Of a stretch of DNA of 40,262 nucleotides, positions 27,682 through 34,804 are shown one piece after another. Position numbers and translations under genes: made by a program. The notes under the pieces are model-generated. The model was not told the origin of the DNA and ran no database searches. It saw nothing but the letters and a program-made list of their open reading frames with translations. The stretch lies in contig DYGC01000003.1 of assembly GCA_020724925.1 (NCBI GenBank), forward strand, positions 1-40,262, in the 5' to 3' direction. Each line of letters begins with the position of its first letter. The first letter of the stretch is position 1. The DNA comes from Candidatus Paceibacter sp. GTDB taxonomy: Bacteria > Patescibacteriota > Patescibacteriia > DYGC01.

Positions 27682-28815
27682 ATGTTCGCTTTTTGGCCGT
27701 TTTCAAACAATAAAAAGCAAAATCATCAATTAACGGAATATTGGCAAGCCATTGAAAAAATTGAGAAACGTTATTTGGAATTGACGGGAAAATTATTGGT
27801 TTCACAGCCAAAATGTTTAAATTTAAACAGCGAAAAGAAAAAATTTTTGGAAAAATACAAGGCCGGTGAAGTTTATAATCCGCAACTTCTTTTCAAAAAA
27901 AAACAATTTGACGGACGTAGTGTTTTGGCACTGCAACGTTTTTATGAAAGCATCACTTTAAAGGATGATTTTTTTTATTTCAAACAACTTTACAAAGAAA
28001 AAATCAAAAATTTATTATTGATGATTGATGCCTATCGGCAGTGGGGCGAGCCGGCTTCCACCAAGTTTATTATCAAGGCCAAAGGCCGTCCTTCTTGGTT
28101 TTTGTTTTGGCAAGCCAAAAGATTTTGTGCCAATTATCATGGCCATCGTTTAAAATACAAGCGAAAAATGACACCGCAGGAAGTCGGAATGGCATTGTTA
28201 AAATATGTTAAAGAAATTAGTGGCGAAACCCTGTCCGTGGTTTATAGTCGATATTTGGCCAGCAAAGCGATTATTTATCCTAAAAAACATTTATTAAAGA
28301 TTAATAGTAAAGCTAGTTTTAATGATGCAGAGCTGGAAAGATTGAAAGTTCATGAGATTGGTGTGCATTTTACCCGTTATCACAATGCCAAAAAGCTGGG
28401 ACGCCTGATTTTGGAAATCGGCGCAGCCAATTATTTGGAAACGGAAGAAGGTTTGGCGGTTTATAATGAAGAAAAACAGGGGGTTTTGAAAAGCTCACAA
28501 ATGTTTGTCTATGCCGGACGGGTAGTGGCGGCGTATTATGCCTTGCGTTGCAGTTTTTACAAGGTTTTTAAGATTTTGCGGGGCTATGGGTTTAGTCAAA
28601 AAGAAGCTTTTGAAATCACTTTTAGAGCCAAACGTAATTTAGCCGATACTTCTTTAGCTGGTGCTTACACTAAAGATTTCGTTTATTTTAGCGGCTATCA
28701 AAAGGTTAAAAAGTATGCCAAACAGCATCGTGCCAAGGTTAATGATTTGTTTTTTGGAAAATTCGCGTTGGCGGATTTGCCAAAACTGGAAAAATACTTA
28801 AAATATAAGGAATAA
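27682..28815 (+). CDS. DUF1704-family (MATCAP-like) metallocarboxypeptidase
   Basis: HEIGVH (HExxxH), TEEGLA, RAKR, YTKDFVYFSGY, LFFGK. Confidence 0.85.
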   Translation: MFAFWPFSNNKKQNHQLTEYWQAIEKIEKRYLELTGKLLVSQPKCLNLNSEKKKFLEKYKAGEVYNPQLLFKKKQFDGRSVLALQRFYESITLKDDFFYFKQLYKEKIKNLLLMIDAYRQWGEPASTKFIIKAKGRPSWFLFWQAKRFCANYHGHRLKYKRKMTPQEVGMALLKYVKEISGETLSVVYSRYLASKAIIYPKKHLLKINSKASFNDAELERLKVHEIGVHFTRYHNAKKLGRLILEIGAANYLETEEGLAVYNEEKQGVLKSSQMFVYAGRVVAAYYALRCSFYKVFKILRGYGFSQKEAFEITFRAKRNLADTSLAGAYTKDFVYFSGYQKVKKYAKQHRAKVNDLFFGKFALADLPKLEKYLKYKE

Positions 28816-28840
28816 GGGGATCATTAGGGAATCATTTAAG

Positions 28841-28939
28841 AGATTCCGGGTTCTATCCTGCGGATAGCCCCGGAATGACAGCGTGGGGGATTATGTCAGA
28901 GGTTTCAGGTTCTATCCTGCGGATAGCCCCGGAATGACA
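28841..28939. repeat. Two direct copies of a GTCAT-family palindrome (reverse orientation)
   Basis: Identical 32-mer GGTTCTATCCTGCGGATAGCCCCGGAATGACA at 28849-28880 and 28908-28939; the first copy forms the hairpin ATTCCGGG...CCCGGAAT. Confidence 0.85.
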
Positions 28940-28977
28940 ATAACAGGAAAACTTAATTAAAAATTTACAATAATCTT

Positions 28978-30462
28978 ATGAAAATGCGAGTCCGTTTTGC
29001 GCCGTCACCGACCGGTTACCTGCATATTGGTAGTTTACGAACAGCTTTGTATAATTATTTGTTAGCTCGCCACAATCAAGGAACTTTCTTTTTGCGTTTG
29101 GAAGATACTGATCAAACTCGTTATGTTCCTGAAGCTGATAAAAAATTAATCCAAACTCTCAAAGCTTGTCATTTGGACTGGGATGATGGCATTGATTTGA
29201 ACGAGGCCGGTGAAATCGTGGATAAGGGTGATTTTGGGCCTTACACGCAATCACAGCGCAAGGAAATTTATCAAAAATATATTCAAGAATTATTGGCCAG
29301 TGGGAAGGCTTATTATTGTTTTTGCAGTGCGGAGCGTTTGAAAGAATTGCGCACCATGCAGCAAAACCATAATTTACCGCCAAAATATGATAAACATTGT
29401 GTTAATTTAAGTCCGGAAGAGGTGCAAGCGAAAATCGCCGCCGGTGAAAAATATGTTATTCGTTTGAAAGTTGAGGGAAACCAGACAATTGAATTTACCG
29501 ATTTGATTCGTGGCCCGATTTCTATCAACAGTAATGATATTGATGATCAGGTTTTAATCAAATCCGATGGTTTGCCAACCTATCATTTTGCCAATGTCGT
29601 GGATGATCATTTGATGGGCACAACTCACGTGCTTCGCGCAGAAGAGTGGATTTCCCCCACCCCTAAACATGTTTTATTGTATGAATATTTTGGCTGGGAA
29701 AAACCGCAATTCGCCCATTTGACATTGTTGTTGAATCCGGATAAATCCAAGTTAAGCAAGCGCCAAGGCGACGTGGCAGTGGAGGATTACCTGGCCAAAG
29801 GTTATTTACCGGAAGCTTTGGTGAATTTCGTGGCTTTATTGGGCTGGAATCCCGGTGATGATCGAGAAATCTTTACTTTGGATGAATTGGTTAAAGAATT
29901 TTCTTTGGAAAAATGTGGTAAGTCCGGGGCGGTGTTTGATTTGAAAAAACTGGATTGGATGAACGGTATTTATATTCGTCAATTGAGTGAACAAGCTTTG
30001 GTTGATAAAGCCAAACCTTATTTATTGGAATATTTGGGAGACAAGAAAAATCAATGGTCTGATGATTATTTGAATAAGGTTATTTTAGTGCAACGAGATC
30101 GTTTGAATAAGTTAAGCGATATCGCTTCCGATGATTTGTCTTATTTTTTCAACGATGATTTGAATTACAATCCTGAATTGTTGGTCTGGAAAAAGTCTGA
30201 TAAGGAAAAAACTACAGAACATTTAAAGAGTTTGCAAAGTGAACTGACCGCTTATGCCGGCGAGTGGAGCATTCAAGCTTTAAATGATCATTTTATCGCT
30301 TGGATTAAAGAGCATGGCTGGAATAATGGTGATGTTTTGTGGCCGTTGCGCGTGGCATTGTGCGGGCAAGAAAAATCCCCGTCACCTTTTGAATTATTGT
30401 GGGTTTTGGGGAAGGAAAAAGCGGTAACGAGATTGAATGTTGCAGTGGGAAAATTATCATAA
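28978..30462 (+). CDS. gltX: Glutamate--tRNA ligase
   Basis: RFAPSPTGYLHIG, LRLEDTD, PTYHFANVVDDH, KLSKR. Confidence 0.97.
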   Translation: MKMRVRFAPSPTGYLHIGSLRTALYNYLLARHNQGTFFLRLEDTDQTRYVPEADKKLIQTLKACHLDWDDGIDLNEAGEIVDKGDFGPYTQSQRKEIYQKYIQELLASGKAYYCFCSAERLKELRTMQQNHNLPPKYDKHCVNLSPEEVQAKIAAGEKYVIRLKVEGNQTIEFTDLIRGPISINSNDIDDQVLIKSDGLPTYHFANVVDDHLMGTTHVLRAEEWISPTPKHVLLYEYFGWEKPQFAHLTLLLNPDKSKLSKRQGDVAVEDYLAKGYLPEALVNFVALLGWNPGDDREIFTLDELVKEFSLEKCGKSGAVFDLKKLDWMNGIYIRQLSEQALVDKAKPYLLEYLGDKKNQWSDDYLNKVILVQRDRLNKLSDIASDDLSYFFNDDLNYNPELLVWKKSDKEKTTEHLKSLQSELTAYAGEWSIQALNDHFIAWIKEHGWNNGDVLWPLRVALCGQEKSPSPFELLWVLGKEKAVTRLNVAVGKLS

Positions 30463-30480
30463 TCGTGGTTTGAAATTACC

Positions 30481-30505
30481 GTAGGGGCGTATTGCATACG
30501 CCCTT
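30481..30505 (+). repeat. Single GTAG-tagged REP-like palindrome
   Basis: GTAGGGGCGTATTGCATACGCCCTT, same architecture as 5384-5409. Confidence 0.75.
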
Positions 30506-30518
30506 TGACAATCACCAT

Positions 30519-30546
30519 TTGAAATTATCAATCAATCTGTTATAAT
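30519..30546 (+). promoter_or_regulatory. Putative promoter for the small ORF and recJ
   Basis: TTGAAA-16 bp-TATAAT with extended -10 (TGtTATAAT). Confidence 0.55.
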
Positions 30547-30574
30547 TATCAGGTAATAAAAATAAAATCAGTAT

Positions 30575-30676
30575 ATGAGCAAGAAACACAAAAAACGTAA
30601 CTGGGCGACAATCATTGTCTTTTCCGTGATGATTTTGTTAATGGTTTTATGGACGATTTTACCGTTTTTTGGATAA
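30575..30676 (+). CDS. Small single-pass membrane protein (33 aa)
   Basis: MSKKHKKRNWATIIVFSVMILLMVLWTILPFFG*: basic N-terminus plus one TM helix, directly after a promoter; below the ORF-track size cutoff. Confidence 0.6.
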   Translation: MSKKHKKRNWATIIVFSVMILLMVLWTILPFFG

Positions 30677-30732
30677 ATCACAGTTTTCGGTAAGTATTTT
30701 CCCTTCGTTAGTAATTAATTTTATATAAACAA

Positions 30733-32481
30733 ATGAAGAAAACATGGCTTATTGCCCCGAACGTGGGGCAGTCTTTGCTTAAAGAATTCCCCGACTTGCC
30801 GCCGGTAATTTTACAATTATTGAGCAATCGTGGTTTTAACAAAAAGCAAGAAATCGAGGAATTTTTTAACAGTAATTTTCAGGAACATGTGCACGATCCT
30901 TTTTTATTTAGGGACATGGAAAAGGCGGTGGTGCGGATTTTTGAATCAATTGAGAAGCAAGAAAAAATCGTGATTTTTGGCGATTTTGACGCTGACGGCG
31001 TCACCTCAACAGCGGTTGTGGCCAGTGTTTTAGCGGCTTTTGGTGCCAAGTTTGATTACTATATTCCGCATCGTGAAATTGAAGGCTATGGCTTGAACAC
31101 AGAAAGTATTCAAACAATGAAAAACGATGGTGCCAATTTAATCATCACTGTGGACTGCGGAATCAGCAATCACGAGGAAGTGGAAAAGGTCCATGAATTG
31201 GGCATGGAAATCATTATTACCGACCATCACCACGAACCGTTGGTTTTGCCAAAAGCTTATGCTATTCTGAACGCTCATTTAAAAAATGAAACTTATCCTT
31301 TTGAAAGTTTGGCCGGCGTCGGCGTTGCTTATAAATTGGCTCAGGGAATGTTGCGTTATGCCCAGAAAAAGGGGATTGCCATGCAAGCCAAACACAAGGA
31401 ATTTTACGGTTCTCCGGAAAATATGGAAAAATGGTTGTTGGATTTGGTGGCGATTGGCACGGTGGCTGATTGTGTGCCATTAATCGGTGAAAATCGTACT
31501 TTGGTGAAATATGGTTTGATGGTTTTGAAACAAAGCAAACGCAAAGGCTTGCGTAAATTGTTTGAAAAAATGGGCATCACCGATATCAATGCCACTCATA
31601 TTGGCTTTCAGATTGCGCCGCGCATCAATGCTGCCGGTCGCTTGAGCCACGCTTCAACCGCTTATGGTTTGTTGATGGCGGAAAGCGACGAAGAAAGCGA
31701 AAAATTAATTGAAGAACTGAATAATATCAATACTGAAAGACAAAAATTGACCGAGCAGATTTTTAAAGAAGCCAAAGATCAAATCGCCAGTCAAAAAACC
31801 GACAAAATGTTGATTGCCATCGGCGAATCGTGGTCCGTGGGAGTGATTGGTTTGGTGGCCGGTAAATTGACCGAAGCTTACAATACGCCGAGCTTGGTTA
31901 TCAGTAACTACAAAGGCTTATATCAGGGATCAGGGCGCAGCAATGAACATTTTAACATTGTTACCGCCATGCAGTCGGTGGAGCAGTATTTGGCGCATTA
32001 CGGCGGTCACGCGCAGGCTTGCGGCTTTACTTTGAGCAGTAATGACAAATTATTGGACTTTATTCAATCCTTGAAAGAATTGGCTAATAATCAGTTGCAA
32101 AATACGGATTTAAGTCCGGTTTTGAATATTGACGCCGAGCTGGGCTTTAAAGAAATCAACTGGAAATTGTGGGAACATTTGGAAAAGTTTATGCCTTTCG
32201 GAGAAAGCAATTCTCGACCTTTGTTTATGAGTAAAAACGTAAAGATTTTGCAAAAACAAAGTGTTGGCAAAGACAATAAACATTTGCGTTTATTATTGAA
32301 GCAAGACGAATCAAATTATATTTGGAAGAGTATCGCTTTTGGTTTGGGGACGATTTGGGGCGATGTTTTGCAAGCCGGCGATTACGTGGATGTGGCTTAT
32401 CATATCAATTTGAATGAGTGGAATAATAACAAAGAACTTCAATTGGAAGTGAAGGATTTGAAGTTGAAGGATAATGTGTAG
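30733..32481 (+). CDS. recJ: Single-stranded-DNA-specific exonuclease RecJ
   Basis: GDFDADG, ITVDCG, TDHH, GTVADCVPL, APRINAAGR, GSGRS, GGHAQACG. Confidence 0.97.
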   Translation: MKKTWLIAPNVGQSLLKEFPDLPPVILQLLSNRGFNKKQEIEEFFNSNFQEHVHDPFLFRDMEKAVVRIFESIEKQEKIVIFGDFDADGVTSTAVVASVLAAFGAKFDYYIPHREIEGYGLNTESIQTMKNDGANLIITVDCGISNHEEVEKVHELGMEIIITDHHHEPLVLPKAYAILNAHLKNETYPFESLAGVGVAYKLAQGMLRYAQKKGIAMQAKHKEFYGSPENMEKWLLDLVAIGTVADCVPLIGENRTLVKYGLMVLKQSKRKGLRKLFEKMGITDINATHIGFQIAPRINAAGRLSHASTAYGLLMAESDEESEKLIEELNNINTERQKLTEQIFKEAKDQIASQKTDKMLIAIGESWSVGVIGLVAGKLTEAYNTPSLVISNYKGLYQGSGRSNEHFNIVTAMQSVEQYLAHYGGHAQACGFTLSSNDKLLDFIQSLKELANNQLQNTDLSPVLNIDAELGFKEINWKLWEHLEKFMPFGESNSRPLFMSKNVKILQKQSVGKDNKHLRLLLKQDESNYIWKSIAFGLGTIWGDVLQAGDYVDVAYHINLNEWNNNKELQLEVKDLKLKDNV

Positions 32482-32496
32482 GACATTGATATAAAT

Positions 32497-32529
32497 AAAA
32501 AACCCCCAGAGTAGTTTTTTAACTGGGGG
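32497..32529 (-). terminator. Intrinsic terminator for the minus-strand HExxH gene
   Basis: On -, stem CCCCCAG/CTGGGGG with a 13-nt loop, followed by T6, just past the stop at 32538. Confidence 0.6.
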
Positions 32530-32537
32530 ACTGAAAA

Positions 32538-33485
32538 CTAGTAAAAGGTTGTAGGGTATGAATTATAGAATGCCATCATATAATTCATTTTTCTTTTATG
32601 AGCTTCAGCCGGCGGATACTTTCTATCAAAAAAAGTATACACCGAGTGAACCATGGCGCTCGTTTGGAAAAAAGTGGTTTCTTTCCTTGAGCGGGGAGCT
32701 TCTTTAAGGAGTGCTAATATCAGCCCCGGATTTTCTCTGGGGGGTGAAATTGCAATTGCATCGGGGACTTGCTTTTGATATTCCCCTAAGAGCTTTTCAT
32801 ACAACAAAATTTCTTCTTCCAAGTGGCGTTTGTAGTCTTCACCGCCAATCAAAAGCATTATTTTATTTTGAAAAGTATGTGCCAGAATTTCCTCTTCCAA
32901 GTATTCCGGGGTAACTTGTTGCTCTGAAGAAACAATACCCTTTATTTTCTTGGAATAAGAATAGGCGTGGTAGGCTTCATGCAGAAAAATCATGACTTTT
33001 CCATTATCTGTAAAATCATAAAATGATTTTAGGATAATGACATTGTTCGTTGGCATAAATACCGCTACGGCTGTGCCATCAAAGAAACTTTTCCATTTCC
33101 CGATTTTCTCATCTCCGGGGAGTAGCGGAACGAAGGTTAAAAATTTATTAACCCCAATCTTAATATTGGGATTTACCCCAATATGTTGATGTCCGTATTT
33201 TACCGGTTTTGCAACGGTCATATGATTGTAGACATACTCCCAAACTAGGTTAACTTCCGGATCATTTATTTTTTCAACGAACTTTTTGGTTGGATCGGCC
33301 CATTTCACAAAAACGGAAAACCGTTTTTGATCAGCACTAGGCGTTTGCTTGTCGCTGAACAAGTAAACCGCCAACATGACCACAAGGGAGAGCAACACCG
33401 AAGCGATCGTGAAAAACCTTTTTTTGTTAGAGAATAAGGGTTTTTCTTTGACGGGGGTTCTGTTTTTACGCGAATGCTTTTTCAT
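32538..33485 (-). CDS. Membrane-anchored hypothetical protein with HExxH zinc-metalloprotease motif
   Basis: ATG at 33485 preceded by AGGAG; basic N-terminus and TM helix; FLHEAYHAY followed ~20 aa later by EEEILAH (gluzincin-like). Confidence 0.7.
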   Translation of the reverse strand: MKKHSRKNRTPVKEKPLFSNKKRFFTIASVLLSLVVMLAVYLFSDKQTPSADQKRFSVFVKWADPTKKFVEKINDPEVNLVWEYVYNHMTVAKPVKYGHQHIGVNPNIKIGVNKFLTFVPLLPGDEKIGKWKSFFDGTAVAVFMPTNNVIILKSFYDFTDNGKVMIFLHEAYHAYSYSKKIKGIVSSEQQVTPEYLEEEILAHTFQNKIMLLIGGEDYKRHLEEEILLYEKLLGEYQKQVPDAIAISPPRENPGLILALLKEAPRSRKETTFFQTSAMVHSVYTFFDRKYPPAEAHKRKMNYMMAFYNSYPTTFY

Positions 33486-33504
33486 TATAAAACTCCTTTT
33501 TATT

Positions 33505-33551
33505 GTAAAAGTACTTTTACTAAAATTAAAACAATTATCATATTTTGTCAA
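33505..33551 (-). promoter_or_regulatory. Promoter with a downstream perfect 16-bp palindrome (possible operator)
   Basis: On -, TTGACA (33551-33546)-17 bp-TAATTT; palindrome GTAAAAGTACTTTTAC at 33505-33520. Confidence 0.5.
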
Positions 33552-33615
33552 TCAAAATTTATGCGTTCAGCGGTTTTTTGTTTTTCTGTTTAGCAAACAG
33601 GGGAGCGCGCCCTAT

Positions 33616-33644
33616 TTGACCGGGAGCGTGGTGGCTAGTATAAT
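33616..33644 (+). promoter_or_regulatory. Near-consensus sigma70 promoter
   Basis: TTGACC-17 bp-TATAAT. Confidence 0.7.
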
Positions 33645-33679
33645 CTAAACGTCAAGGTTTATTCATAAAAACCAATTTT

Positions 33680-33847
33680 ATGAAAACAAAATTTCAAGAA
33701 AAGAAAAAATTTGTTAGAGATGATTGTCTTAATATGGATTTTACTCTGGAAATTTTGGATCTGATTGGCTGGAATATGGAAGATTGGTTTTTTAAGCGTG
33801 AAAATACCGGTAAAAGAATTATCAAAAATACTAAACGTCTTAAATAG
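33680..33847 (+). CDS. Small hypothetical protein (55 aa)
   Basis: MKTKFQEKKKFVRDDCLNMDFTLEILDLIGWNMEDWFFKRENTGKRIIKNTKRLK*, 35 bp after a near-consensus promoter, with an AT-rich leader like other genes here. Confidence 0.5.
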   Translation: MKTKFQEKKKFVRDDCLNMDFTLEILDLIGWNMEDWFFKRENTGKRIIKNTKRLK

Positions 33848-33928
33848 TTTTCGATTAAAAAGCACCCGGAGTAGAGGATTCTTTTTTGTTTTTAGCTGCC
33901 TTTGGCCTGTGTTCTTGAAATGTACTTG

Positions 33929-33956
33929 GCGTCGCACAATATATCTTATGCGACAC
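33929..33956. other. dif-like Xer recombination site
   Basis: GCGTCGCACAA TATATC TTATGCGACAC: 11-6-11 layout, arms 9/11 inverted, inner CAyAA/TTATG as in known dif sites; intergenic, at the gene-strand switch. Confidence 0.72.
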
Positions 33957-34001
33957 TAGGTTATAATAAGAACCGCGGCCGGGCCTTATTTGGGCTAATA
34001 C

Positions 34002-34030
34002 AAAAAAGAACCCCTTTCGGGGTCATTTTC
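34002..34030 (-). terminator. Intrinsic terminator
   Basis: On -, ACCCC-GAAA-GGGGT followed by TCTTTTTT, immediately after the stop at 34034. Confidence 0.75.
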
Positions 34031-34033
34031 TGT

Positions 34034-34207
34034 TTACGCAGCAATTTCTTCATCAGTTTTGACTTCTTCGGTATTGCTATCATCAGTTGGTTTAACTTCT
34101 TCTTTAGGTGTTGCTTCAGTGTTTTCCTCAGTACCTTCAACAATTGTTTCCGGTTTGATTTCATCGGTAGCATCGGTTGGATTAACATTTGTGTTTGGAT
34201 CGGTCAT
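34034..34207 (-). CDS. Small acidic, probably disordered protein (57 aa)
   Basis: MTDPNTNVNP...KTDEEIAA*; 18 of 57 residues are D/E; own promoter and terminator. ATG 34207 preferred over the upstream TTG. Confidence 0.7.
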   Translation of the reverse strand: MTDPNTNVNPTDATDEIKPETIVEGTEENTEATPKEEVKPTDDSNTEEVKTDEEIAA

Positions 34208-34247
34208 AAAATTTTTTTTATGAATTAGATTTTCCATTCGTGGACGA

Positions 34248-34276
34248 ACTATAACAGGTATCCGATAATTAAACAA
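34248..34276 (-). promoter_or_regulatory. Putative promoter for the small acidic protein
   Basis: On -, TTGTTT-17 bp-TATAGT with extended -10 (TGtTATAGT). Confidence 0.55.
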
Positions 34277-34406
34277 CCTTTAATCAAAAATCCTTATACC
34301 CTAGCCACGTTTTTGTATTTAGCTGAGCTCCAGTACCTCCCATTTCAACCCAGCGCGATTTTGGACCACAGATTACGCTGATGAAGATGATTAAGATGAT
34401 GTTGTC

Positions 34407-34752
34407 TGAACTTTGATTCGTCTGAGGACATTTCATAGAATAATTTTTCTGAAACTGAAAATTCATCCATATTTAATGTCTTACTGAAAGACTATGATAA
34501 AAACTCAAAGTCCATCAGGTAAAATGACAAATACGGTAAAAATATCAATTTATGCCAAAAATAGCTTACGAAGACACATCAGACGAATCACAGTTCAAAA
34601 ACATGACTAATCACCAAAGCCACGTATTAAAGATCCCGAAATAAATTCGGGATGACAGACAGCAATCAATATACCAACGATAATGTTCATCAAAAATAAC
34701 AAAGTTTATCAAAATCAAAGTTATTCAAGTGAATCAGACGAATCAGTGTTCA
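34407..34752. repeat. Three copies of TCAGACGAATCA-NN-GTTCA plus one GTCAT-family palindrome
   Basis: Copies at 34407-34425 (reverse), 34579-34597 and 34734-34752; AGATCCCGAAATAAATTCGGGATGACA at 34631-34657. Confidence 0.75.
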
Positions 34753-34804
34753 AGACCAATCATGCGTCGCAAAATATTGCGGCCCGCAATTTGAAATATT
34801 CAAA

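Noticed and set aside
28849-28939. Two identical 32-mers with a 27-bp gap as a mini-CRISPR
   Set aside because: Only two copies, and they belong to the dispersed GTCAT hairpin family; similarity extends into the gap.
33960-34300. tmRNA, suggested by the ORF ending in Ala-Ala-stop
   Set aside because: No tRNA-like 5' GGGG or 3' T-arm/CCA ends were found; the ORF has its own ATG, promoter and terminator.
33659-34466. Track ORFs 33659-33937(-), 33765-33959(+), 33902-34228(+), 33961-34188(-) and 34284-34466(-)
   Set aside because: They cross the dif-like site, terminator or repeats, or conflict with better-supported small ORFs that have promoters.
34764-34785. GCGTCGCAAAA (10/11 match to the left dif arm) as a second dif site
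   Set aside because: The partner arm lacks TTATG and the 11-6-11 spacing; it looks like a short decayed hairpin. It does leave some doubt that the main site is REP-derived.
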